Below, piece after piece: positions 11,709 to 23,606 of a stretch of DNA of 64,000 nucleotides (position 1 is the stretch's first letter; each line of letters starts with the position of its first letter). Location: positions 1 to 64,000 of the forward strand of contig OY253676.1 of assembly GCA_958009085.1 (NCBI GenBank), written 5' to 3'. The position numbers and the translations under genes were made by a program. The stretch is from Protoeuglena noctilucae (taxonomy: Eukaryota). The notes below the pieces were generated by a model. The model saw only the letters and a program-made list of their open reading frames with translations. It ran no database searches and had not been told where the DNA came from.

Positions 11709-14700
11709 ATGCGGCACCCGGCTCGCCGCCTCGGGCTCGGGGGGTGGCGCTCTGCGCTCGTCCTGGGCCTCCTGGGCACCGTTGTGGCCTTGATAGGTGC
11801 GTCTCCGCAGTTTCGATCGTATGGAGTTGCCGCGAGGGATCGCGGTGCGGGGAGGAGGGGGGGGCTCGGCCTGGAAATTGCCTGGAAAGTCGGGCACCTC
11901 CCGGACGCTCTCGTCCACGGGAATGCTCGCAGCTGCGTCATTCCGTTGGTTGTTTGATATTCCCATAGAAACACTCGGCCCGTTTCGCGCACGAGCCCAG
12001 TTATTCCCGCATCCATGGGCGAATGTGGCTGCACTCGACCCTCACTGTCCGGCCGCTCTTGGCTGCAGGGCTGGCGGCTGGGCAATGTGACTGCGAGGAC
12101 GTCGTCCCCATCGGCAGCCCATACACTTGCGCGCAGCAGAAGTGCGTGGCGCTGGGCCTTGCAGCTGTAATCGCGCTGTGTTGTTGTACTTGCACCTCCC
12201 TTGACTACCGCGTTGCGACTGTGATTGCAGGAGCTACGGTGCGTGCAACGACTCGTTCATCCAAGGGGGGGGCTTCTGCCAGAAGACGTGCGGCGCCTGC
12301 CAGTGCACCGCTTCCGGGGAGGCGGTAGAGGAACCCAACGGCTCCGCTGAGACAGAGGCGGCAAGCCCCGACGACACCGGCAGCTCCGCGGGAGGCGTGG
12401 CGAGCCCGGTCAGTGCGACGAGCCCCGACACCGGCAGCTCTGTGGGAGGCGTGGGGAGCCCAGTCAGCGCGACGAGCCCCGACACCGTCACCTCTGCGGG
12501 AGGCGTGGGGAGCCCAGTCAGCGCGACGAGCCCCGACACCGTCACCTCTGCCGGCCCAGCCACCACGCCAGCAGCGGTGGGGAGCCCGGACGCGGGCATC
12601 TCTGCCGAGCAAGCCACCACGAGCATGGCCAGGCGCCTGCGCGAGGCCATCGAGACCCTGCGTGCCATCGGGGACGTCGGCCGGCGTGAGTGACGCGCAG
12701 CACATTGTTCTCCGATGACTGAGGGCGATCGAAGCTTGCCTGAGCTCCTTATGGACGCCCCGTGTGCCCCTGGCATCCGCAGAGCTCGCTGACGACTCTT
12801 GCACATGCACTGACGTCCCGCCCGCTGACAGCAACTACACCTGCGCGGAGCAGAGGTGAGGTCGGCGTGGCTCGGCGCCTGGCAAGACGGGTGGTGTTGC
12901 ATTTGAGCCAGCGCATCGCCGTTGGCACCCAAGCCTGTCGGGTCACCGCCTGCAGGGCGTTTGGCGCGTGCACCCAGTCGTGGATGGCCGCCAATGGATA
13001 CTGCCAGCGGACCTGCGGGACGTGTAAGTGCCCGGGAGCGACGTCCGCCGCTCCGGCGGCACCCGATGCAGGCACGTTGCGGTACCTCCGCGCCGTGTAC
13101 TCGGACTTTGGATCCCTGCCTGCCCCCTCTGCCCCCCCATGTGAGGCTCGCCGCATCACGCAGTGTCGCGCGACATGCCACCACCCCCTGCCTTGTTGCC
13201 CAGGCAGCCCTTCCGCGCCGCCACCCACGCTTTCTTCTGCGCCGGGCCCTGCAGCGCCGTCGGACTCGGGTGCACCCGCGCCTGCCCCCGCCCCCATGGA
13301 CACCAGCTCAAGCCAGGCATCTGACTCAGGTGAAAGATGCCGGCGGCCATTCCAGCATAGACAAGGTCCACATGCCCTGTTTTGGCACCTGCAGCTCCCT
13401 GGCTCCGTCCCATCTGCCGCAGGGACCCCTTGCGACCCCAGCAGCCTCATGGATGTGCTCCAGAGCAACGCCAACCTGTCGACGCTGGTTAAGGCTCTCC
13501 AGGCAGCCGATATCGCGTCCAGCCTCCCCACGGTGCGGCACCGGCTGGCACGGATGCCGCTGTGGGGTAGACCAAGACCCACATTTATTGGAACTTCTGC
13601 CCCACGCCCATGCTCACAGGGCCCTAAGGTCGTGCTGGCCCCCACCGACTCGGCGTTCAACTTCCTCCTCCAGCAGCTCCCCACGACGCTCGACGCCCTC
13701 ACCACCGACAAGAAGGCACTGACCAACTTGCTTGAGGTGAGGGGCTGCCGATGCTGGCGGGGAGCACGGGACTTGCAAGAGACCCGCCGACGCGGCTGGC
13801 ATGGCGGCAGCTGCCCGTTGCTGATGATGCAAGCCCAGCGCCGTGCGTGCATGGACCCCGTCAGACTCCCCGCAGTTCCACGTCATCCCCAACACCACGC
13901 TGGACCAGGCGCTGTCCAAGCCGCAAGTGCCGACGCTGCTCCCCGGGATGACCCTGTCGCTGGCCAAGTCCAACTCGACGCTGCTGGTCGTCGGCCCGTA
14001 CAACACGTCCATTGTCCGTGCGTCCAAGACCCTCTGCGACGGCACCACCGTCCTGCTGCTGGACGACGTCATGCTCCCTGGCCAGTCGCTGGGGGAGTTT
14101 GAGACGGCGGGCATGCCCGGCGCCGCGCCCCAGGCGCCCTGCAACAGCACCCTCACTGCCAAGTGACCTGCGCGCAGGATGCGCCAACGCCGGCGACCAG
14201 CGCCCTAGAGCACGCCTGACTCCCCAGTATTTCTATTCGTCACCCGCAGGCAGGCAGTCGCCGCCCTGGGCCCTGACTACTCGATCTTCAACCAGGCCCT
14301 GAACCGCACCAAGGTGCTCGACCGCATCGACCGCCCCGGCATCTCGGTCACCATCCTGGCGCCCAACAACGAGGCCTTCCAGAGGTGAGCTGTGAAACTG
14401 GAAACGCGCAGCGGCATGGCGTGCAGCTCATGATCCAACCATGCCGCAACCATGCGCGACTGATCCTGCCACCAGGTACCTCAGCAGCCACGGATACCAG
14501 GACGTGGACAGCGTGCCATTCTCCGAGCTCCTCGACGTCGTGCGCTACCTCATCATCCCCGGCGCCGTCATGCATGCCAACCAGTTCCAGGCAAGAGGGG
14601 GGCGGCATGCAGTTCATGGCTGTGGCAGCAACCAGCCAGGGAAACGCCTCATCTCCGACCCCATGCCCTGCTCGCAGTCGGGCAGCAGCCTGGTGACGCT

Positions 14701-16431
14701 CGCGGGCAGCTCCATCATGCCCAGCGCCTTCTCCAAGGGCGTCTCCTTCGACGGCATCGGGTCGTCGGCCATCCTCAACGCCCCCGACCTCGCCCAGGGG
14801 TGCAGCGTCGAGATCCAGGGCATCGACAACGTGCTCCTGCCCAACAAGCCCACCGTGTCCGGCTCCATCGTCACCGTCGGCGCGCCACCACCCCCGCCCC
14901 CGGCTCCGGTCTCGGCCCCAGCGCCCGCCGCGGCTGCACCCTCCGGCTCTGGGCAGGGGGCACCGAGTGGGCCGTCAAGTGACATTGACGCCACGACGGT
15001 GCTGCCGGCCCAGGCGACCGAGGCACCTATCCCCTCGGGCTGCCGAACTCTTGAGGTGCGTGCCTGCGAGGGGGCGCCTTGCCGTCGCAGCAGGTGTCTG
15101 GGCATTGGCGGTGACAACCCAGCTGCCGCCTGCCCCGCAGAGCCTCCTCAACTTCGCGCCGGACCTGTCGATGTTCAGCACGGCCCTGCGCTACGCGGGG
15201 ACTGACGTCAACGGCCCTTTCTTCAACCCCAAGAGCCCCGTCACCATCTTCGCTCCCACCAACGACGCTTACAACACGCTCTTCTTCATCTTCAACCAGA
15301 CCACTCCCGAACTGGGCACGCCATTCCAGTTCTACACCAACACCACTGCTCTGAACCTCTTCATGAGGTACCTGGTGGTGCCGGGCACGTACAAGGTGAC
15401 CAATGCACACGGCGCAGGCAACCAGCCGCACGACCACATGGGTCTGGCCATGCCCATCCCCGCCCATCTGCTTCTGCAGGCCGCGGACCTCGAGAACAAC
15501 CAGCAGCTGCCGACAATGGCGGTGGGTGCGGACGGCAAGCCCCTCAACCTGACGGCCATCCGCACGCCACTCACGCCCCAGCTCACACGCCTCACGGTGA
15601 GCGGGCGGGCGGGGCTGGCGTCTGTGCCGTCGGGCTTGCGAGTGGGCCCCCACGCACCGTTCCCCCCGCCTCGCAGATCGACTCCATCGGGGGCGTGCCT
15701 GCCCAGCTCGTCCAGGGAGAGACGGACATCTCGACCTGCAATGCGACGGTGCAGGTGGTGGACCAGGTCCCCTCGCCCATCCCCCTCGACACGTCCGTGC
15801 TGGAGAAGAACGCCCTGGAGCAGGCGAGGGGGGGCGCGGGCGAGGGGAGGCGGGGGGCGGCTGACTGCGCCCATGCCTTGGCCGCAGCAAGCGGTGTCGG
15901 TGATTGAGCAGCCACTCGCACGGCCCCTGGTCGCAGGCAGTCCAGGCGGGGCGCCTGCCGCCCTCGGCGCTCGGCCGCGTCGGCAGCACGGTCCCGGGGC
16001 TGTCCGGGCTCCCCGGGCCAGGCGCGCTGACCCCGGGAGGCGCGGCATCCAGCCCCGCCGGCCTCGGCGTCAAGCCAGCCGCCGCCCTCCCAGAGGCGAC
16101 CCCGGTTGCGCCCCCCGCTCAGGCACCCGAGCCTGCCGAGGGGGCCGTGGCGGGCACGACCCCAACCACTCCGCCAGCGGAGCCAGTCCCTGCCGCGACA
16201 CCCGTCACGACGCCCGCCGTCACGCCAGCGACGCCGGCAGCGAGCCCTGCAGAGACGCCCGTTGGGACACCGGGAACGATGCCCGTCACGACGCCTGTCG
16301 GCACTGCTGTGACGCCGGCAGCCACACCTGTGGTGACACCCGCTGCTGCCACGCCTGCTGCCACGCCTGCAGTGACGCCTGCGGTGACGCCTGCCGCCAC
16401 CCCGGCCCCGGCTGCCCCGCCGTCGCCGTAA
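11709..16431 (+). CDS. Secreted fasciclin (3x FAS1) glycoprotein with two N-terminal six-Cys modules and a Thr/Pro/Ala-rich tail
   Basis: Signal-like MRHPARRLGLGGWRSALVLGLLGTVVALI. FAS1 H1 motifs VVLAPTDSAF, TILAPNNEAF and TIFAPTNDAY, with H2-like LLDDVMLP, IDNVLLP and VVDQVPSP. Terminal (TPAV/TPAA)n, TAA at 16429-16431. Confidence 0.85.
12364..12555 (+). repeat. Coding minisatellite, ~3.5 copies of a 54-bp unit (SPDTVTSAGGVGSPVSAT)
   Basis: Units begin agcccc(g)ac at 12364, 12421, 12475 and 12529 and are near-identical. Confidence 0.9.
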
Positions 16432-16899
16432 ATAGCGATGGCGCCGCTGCATTGTCGGACCCTTGACGCTGAGTTTTTGTAGAGCTTTGCAAGCTGGCCT
16501 CGCGCGGCGCTCTGTTTAATCCAAGTGGCGCATCGTTCAGCAAATATGACATGCGCAAGCCGGTCGTGGATAGATGGCATATGTTAGGCAGCCCATGCAT
16601 TGTCTTGCACGAACACGCGGGCTGGGGATGGGGCAGGGTGGAGGGGCAGTGACCGAGGCGTGTATTGACACGCCGCTCGTTAGGCGCGCGTTTGCATGTG
16701 CCTGAATGCGCCAGGCGGCGTGCCCCTCACCAGGATCGTCCTGGGGGTCGCCGTGGCGCTCCTCTTGGCCGCCCAGCAATCTTCGTTAAAGGAGCAACAG
16801 TACACAGGCTACAAACAGACAAGGTGGCGTGACGAAACCATTGCTGGCAGTCCAGATTAGGTCATCGGACACCAACCTTGCACATGCAACCCCTTCCCG

Positions 16900-19800
16900 C
16901 TAGTCTATCGTCATAACCAGTACGCCCTTTGGGGCCACAGCAGCAGCGTTCGCGAAGTGCATATTATTGGCCAGTTCCTGTGCCAGGGAAGTGGTCTTGC
17001 TACCCTGGCTTTCCACCCCAAGCTCATGCAATGCACGACTGGGGACGTGCACAACCAAGACAGCATTTGGGTTGGCAGCCAGCCGGAGGGCCATGCACAG
17101 GGTGTCAGGCGTAGACGCCATCGACCAAGCGTCCACAGACTTTTGGAAAAACACGAGGGTGGGGGTGCATGTGCGAATATCCCAGGCGAAAAGGCGGCCA
17201 GACCCGTGGCAAACCAGGACGCTGCCGTCGGCATTAAAACCCAGCCAGCAATCAAACTTCAGATCAGTTTGCATATACTTGAGATTTGTGCCCCCGACCT
17301 CCATGGCGCAGATGCGGAATTTGCGGGATTCGGAATCTTTGGCTGCAACAGCCACCCATTTACCATCCCAAGACTGTGCCACGCACTGTCTTCTCATCTC
17401 TTCCCCTGGTGGGTTGGGGTGAGGCAGCGTGCGTGTCGTCTGCCAGGTGGCTGTGTCCATCTGGACCAGACGGCTGCCCTGCCACACCCACGCGTGCCCC
17501 CCATCCGAACTCAGAGCCTCGGCCACGCCACCGTCCTTCTTGCCCCACACAACCTTTGCCTGGTTCCCCGAGGACGGGACACATTGGAAGATGCTGCCAT
17601 ATTCCAGCATGCAGACCCTGTTCTCCCCAGCAAAGACGACACCGGGTGCCGTCGACATGTCCAGATAGGTCGTCGGCACCCCAACACTGGCCACCACCTC
17701 CCCTGTCCTCATGTCCCACATATGCGCATTTGTGTCCCGTGAATCCGACCCAGGGCGTTCCACTCTTGCGATCAGCGCGCCCCTCGCATTGTCAGGGGAC
17801 ACAGCCACGGCTGCCACATCCCCATCCACACGCACCTCGCAGATGCGCGCGCCTGTCGCGGGGTCCACAACGCGTGCTGTGCTTGTGCCGCTGTAACACA
17901 GCACAAGCACGCGCCCATCGGATGACAGAATCGCCCTGTCTAGTTTGGCCCCACTCTCTGCACCCCCAACCACGACTGGCAATGTCCCCTGTCGCCCGTA
18001 CGCAGCTGATGCGTCCCACAGCCGTGCCACATGTTCCTCGTGGCCAGCGACAGTTCCACCGTCAAAGGCCATACAGACATCCCGAATGGGAGACTCTCCT
18101 CGGATCTTGGCGCGGACCCTGCCCGTGGCAGCGTCATATAGGCGCACCTCGCAACGGTCTGGGCCGCCCGCCACGAGCACCAAGGAGCCGTCGGGACTCA
18201 AGCCCTTTACAGCCTCTCGCTCTCCCAACGGAATCCTCGCACGCTCTCGCAGCGTCCTCGCGTCCCATATGAATGCGCCCTGGGAGCTCACGGTGACCAC
18301 CGTCGAACTGTCCGCGCTGACCCACGACAACGAGCCCTCCAGCATTCCACGCTTCTTGCCCGCCCTCACGTCCCACACCAGCGACCCCTTCGCGAGCGCA
18401 GCCGTCACTACGCTGCCGTCGTCGCTTGCCGCGATGCCCTCGTTCGAAACCGACGTGCTATACACCTGCCAGTGATCCGCGTATTCCAGCAAAACCATCC
18501 GTTTAGTCCCCTTCACCGTTGCCCGCAGCCGGCCCGACGGCAAGTCAAACACCGTCAAGTTGTCCCCCTTCTGCCTCATGGCAACCCAGGTGCCATCTCC
18601 ACCCACCACCCCCTGCTGGATCTCTCTCCTTGTCCCCATCTTGGCAAGCGCACCCGCTAATGGCGCTATCCTCTCCCCCCCGGGCACGCTCCACTGCTGG
18701 TACCCACGAGCAGTGAATGTCCCCACCGCCCTCCCCCCATTCACAAACCCAACACCGAACACCTCATCCTCGTCCGTGAGGGTCTGCAACGTACCCGCCG
18801 CGCTGTCGACCAAGAAAAGCCCTTTCTCACCCCACATCGACAGCGTGGCTCCGTCGGGGCTGAACCGCATTTCTGTGCAACTCTCTTTTGGCATTTCTAC
18901 AGTGTGGGTCCTCGCGCCCGTCACGGTGTCCCACAGACTAACGCTTTTGTGGCGCGCTGTGGCAAACACGTCGCCCTTTGGGGAAAGAGCCATGACGTAG
19001 GAAAACCCAGTAGCCAGTACCTGCACCTCTGAGAACCCTTCCACGGTCCCCACCACCCGCACCCGGCCGTCCCTCAGCCCCTCGCAAACACACACGTCCC
19101 CGGCAGCATGCAGCCACGTCCCCTCCGGCGCCACCAGCGCCGCATCCACGGCCAGGCTGGGGCTACCCACAAGCACAGCGGAGAAACACCTGCGAGCGAG
19201 TCGAGACATTTAGAGGATGCCATCGCTGCGATGCAGACATCACCGCACCCCGACCAACATGCCACCCCCGCTCCCCTCACCTCAGCCACGCCCTCGTCTC
19301 CTGCACCAGCGCGGCCTTGGGGTGCGACGCCGCCCTCAGCGCCTGCTCCGCCCTCGCCACGTCCCTCACCAGCCGCCCCACCGCCCCCGCCTCCGCGCAT
19401 GCCCGCACGTACCCCAGGCTCGTGCACAGCCCCGCCGCCACGTCCAGCTCCCCCGCCTCCACAGCGTGGTGCAGCGCGTACACGCTCGCGTATGCTCCCA
19501 CCGCCTCCACCACCCCCCCGCTCCTCCCGCCCAGCCCCGCCGCCTTCACCCTGCGCCCCCACACCACCGCATGCAGCGCGTGGCCCACCCGCACGCCCAC
19601 GTGCCACCCCGACGCCTTGTCCTCCGCCAGCCAGTCCATCACCGACCTGCATGGCGTGTGAGAGCGCACGTCAGGCACGCTAGTCTGCTCCCACCAGCCA
19701 CCAGCCCATCGCCAGCCCCAGTGCAAGCCCCGCCGCGCGTCTGCCTACGCTCACTTGTGGAAGGGCCGCACGCGCCCGTCCGCGCCCACCGGGAACAGGC

Positions 19801-22800
19801 TGCCCATGGCCCCCAGCACGCGCGCGGCTGCCCCCGCGTCCTCGTCGCCGTGCTGGACCAGCTCCTGCAGCTCCGACAGGCCCAGCGGCTCCACGGCCGC
19901 CACCAGCGCCGGCAGCACCCGCGTCCGCACCACCTCCACGTCCCGCTCCCCCAGCGCCCTGAACTGCCTGTCGAAGTACTCCTTGTACAGCGCCCGGTGG
20001 CCCTCCGGCAGATCCCCCACCGCCATGTGCGCCACCCCGCCCTCCACCCTCGCCCCCACCTCCCCCTGCGCCATGCCCACCAGCGCCGCCACGTACGCGA
20101 ACACCCCCGCGCTCTTCCCCTCCAGCGCCTCCACCACCGCGCCCCTCTCCTCCTCGCTCAGCCCCTCGCTCTTGAGACTACCCCGGATGTACGCCCGGAT
20201 GTCCTCGCGGTTGCGACCCTCGCTCGGCTCCAGCGTGAAGGGCTGGAACCGTGCCACCTGCTGCACGATGTACTCCTCCGGCCGCGACGTCACCAGCACC
20301 CGCACCCACCCCGGCAGCTCCCCCACGCACCCCGATAGCACCTGCAGCACCCCGTTGCTGCGTGCGTCCGTCCCCGCCTCGTCCACCGCGTCGATCATCG
20401 GCACCACCGGCGCCTTGGCCCACGCCACGCCCTTCAGCGGGCCCACCACCAGGCTGCGGAGGTCACGAGGCTGTCGAGGTCATGCACTGCGCTTGCTCTC
20501 ACCGGCCTCGCTCATACGTGCCACCCAGCCGTCACCGTACCTAAGCAACCAGTCCGTCGCCGTGCCGTTGAGGTCCAGCCCCCGCAGCCCCTCCTCCACC
20601 GCCACTGCCGCCTCGGGCACCGCCTCCGCCAGCTGGTACGCCAGCGACTGCGCCATCACCCTCGCGTCCGTCCTCGACTCGTCCCCCGCCCGGCAGAAGT
20701 GCCCCCCCAGCAGCCGCCCGGCCCTGTGCAGCTCCAGCGCCACGTGCGCAGTGAACGCCGTCTTGCCCATCCCTGAGGTCGACCGGGGATGGGTGCGTGA
20801 CGCTTAAACTGGCTCTCATCTCATCCCTGCATTTAAGTCCAGCCCTCTCTCCGACCCCACTCGCCTGGCAGGGACAGGAGGAGGAACACGTTGCTGGATT
20901 GCCCCGCCTCGCTCCCCGCCGTCGCCTTGCCGTCCACCCACGTCATGACCTCCTCGGCCAGCCACTGACGGGTCCCCACCTGCGAGAGACAACGGCATGT
21001 GTTTTTTGGCCATGCTCACAACCCCCGCCATCCCTGCCCACACGTTCGCATCCACGCCATCTCGCTCACCATGAACCCCGCCTCCCGCATGTCAGCATCG
21101 TGCAGGAAGTCGTGGTGCTTCAGCGCACCCAGCCCCTCCAGCGACCCTTGTGCCGCCTCGCCCTTCTCCTCCCCCCTCTGCCTGGCCAGCGTCACGGCCG
21201 CCGCCAGGTTCCTGGCGCTCGCGCGCTTGCCCGCCCCGCCCTGCGCCTCGCTCCTGCTCTTCCCCGCGCCGTTCACGTGCACGTACCACAGCACGTCCCG
21301 GAACCGCACGCTGCCCCACTCCAGCTTGCCCCTGCACTTGGCCCCCTGCGCCAGCTGGTACAGGTTGTGCGCCTGCACCCTGTCCGCCAGCGCCAGCAGC
21401 CGGTGCAGGTCCGTCCGCACGAACTCCGCCAGCTCCGGCGGCGCCAGCCTCTCCTCGTACCACCGCGCGGCCTCCTCCAGGATCGGAAGCTCCTCGTTCA
21501 GCAGCGCGATCTCAAACACGCCCCACTCCATCTCCGCCGCCACGTGCGCGAACCCCTCGTCCTCGTCCACCCACAGCCGCCGCAGCTCCCCCGGCAGCTT
21601 CTTCACCTCCTGCGGCTCCGCGTCCAGCACCTGCCCGATCTTGCGCTCCAGCGCCTCCAAGCCCCTGTCCACGCGCTCCCCCAGCGCCGCCACCTGCTCC
21701 CCCACGTTCTGCACCAGCCCCGCCAGCACCTGCTCCCCCGGCGCCAGCAGCCCAAACACCGCATCCACCCTGCCCCGGTCGGCCAGCACCGCCCGCAGCT
21801 GCGCCGGCGACGCGTCCTCCAGCCGCGGTGCACCGACCTCCCAGGCCAGCCTATCCGCCAATCCGCCGGGTCCTGCTCGAGAGCAGGCTGCCGCCCTCCA
21901 CCGCCGCCCGGATCTCCTCCATCCCGCGCAAGGTCTGCACCTGCATGGCCGCCGTCAGCACCCCCACCTGCCCCAGCACCTTGCCCGCCAGCTCCTGCAG
22001 CCCATCCGTGTCGCCCCGCGCCTGCAGAAACCGCCCCAGCCACGTCCGCCCCTCCACCTGCTGCACCAGCCCCGCCGCCTCCTCCAGCAGCCCTGCACGC
22101 AACAGCGAGAGGGTCTGCTTCGTGGGTGCTGCCCTCACCACATTGCATGCGTGCCCGCCAGCCGTCCTACAGCGCGCTGCTCTCCCCGCACCCCTGAGCT
22201 CCTCAAGCGCCCGCGTGTGCTCGCGCAGCACCTCGTGCGCCCCCACCACCACCTCCATCACCCCCGCCACCACGCGCTTGAAGTCCTCCACCGCGGCCCT
22301 CACCGACACGGCCTGGGTGGCGACGGCAGGCGCGCTCATTCACACCGTTCGCAGCCGGCTCGCGGCACGCGCTCTGCGCGACCACCACCCTTCCTGGCCC
22401 TCACCTCGGCGATGCCGGCCATGACCCTGGACGCCACCTCCGCCAAGGGCCCCACCATGGGCGCCCTCGCCAGCACCTCCATCGCCTGCATGCCGCCCCT
22501 GGCCAGGATCCGCAGTACCTCCCCGGTCACGCTGTTCCTCTGCGGGGATGGCGCACAAGACGCATGAGAGCTCACGGAACGCTCGCAAGGCAAGGCGGAG
22601 CCGGCGCGCACAGCCGAAACACTCGCCTGCAGCAGGGTGACGATCTCCGGGGACACCGGCGCCACCGTGTCCCACAGCTTCTGCAAAGACAAGGCGGACG
22701 GATACGCAATGCATGCACGTGGTCTCCGCAAGGTCTCCACAGCGCAGCGTCGCCCGCAGCGCTGCGCCGATTGGCGGACTCGGCCCCGGCCATGCCCGCA

Positions 22801-23226
22801 CCTGCAGCTCAGCCACGCGGCCCTGCCAGCCCTCGTGCACTGCCGCAGCGCGCTCCCCGCCGGCCGCAGGACTGGAGGGGTAATGCAGGCACAACGAAAG
22901 CATGCAGCTGGCTCGGCGCAGCGCGTGCGACGAGGAAAGACTTTTGACCCGTTGAAGCATGACATCTTAGGCAGCGACTGCGCATCTCCGATACGAGCTA
23001 CGCGCGGGATCTCCGGAGCGGCAGCAAACAAGGGCGGCATGCACTGCGGAGAGCACGCGCGGCGTGCCAAGTCTGTCCCGCAAGCTGCGACGCCACTGAC
23101 CTGCTTCTCGTTTGTATCTTTATCCGTCGCAGCTGCCCCGGGTGCGGGCACGTCCCGCGCTTGCTCTCCGGGCGTGCTGACCTCCGTCGCATCTCCCTCC
23201 CCCGGCTTGCTCGCCCCGCAGCCCAT
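16900..23226 (-). CDS. NLR-like STAND ATPase: MGCGAS N-terminus, MLKL/HeLo-like helical domain, NACHT, WD40 repeats
   Basis: Spliced FM|VGTRQWL...FLLLSLP|GMGKTA (Walker A), HFCRAGDESRTD...SLAYQL, IDAVDE (Walker B), VLVTSRPE, NREDIRAYI, KSAGVFAY, RPFHK|SVMDWL. A 2.3-kb last exon has WD40 motifs (ALSPKG...VSLWD, FSPDGATL, LSPDGSLV...RLYD, VARLWD). The joining of the first exon is inferred. Confidence 0.85.
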
Positions 23227-23606
23227 AGGGCCTATCGATGTGACCCACCAGCAAAAGCTCGCACTGATTGCTTAGCTCAAACTTGCTGCAGCCAAACTGG
23301 GCTGCGGACATGAGGCGTGCTCGCGCTTCTATGTGGCAAAAGACCACAGGTCCGCTCTCCGAGGCTGCTGGAGTTACATGCACAGCGATACGAACCATGT
23401 CATCTCCTCACTCCTCGTCTCGCCCGCAGTGGCCCAGCAGAGGGCACTGGCGCAGGAACCTCGGTCAGCGCAGAGAGATGGCGCCGGGCGGACTCGCGTG
23501 GACAGACTGCAAGAGTCGATGTCGAGGTTGCGGAGTTGTTGCCGTCCTGCACCGACCACTGCTCTGGGCTCGGCCGAACACTCGCGGTTCGTGTGGGCTA
23601 TTCGCG

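Noticed and set aside
16900..19190. het-e-like high-identity WD40 tandem repeats
   Set aside because: The repeats are highly divergent, with no nucleotide-level ~126-bp periodicity visible.
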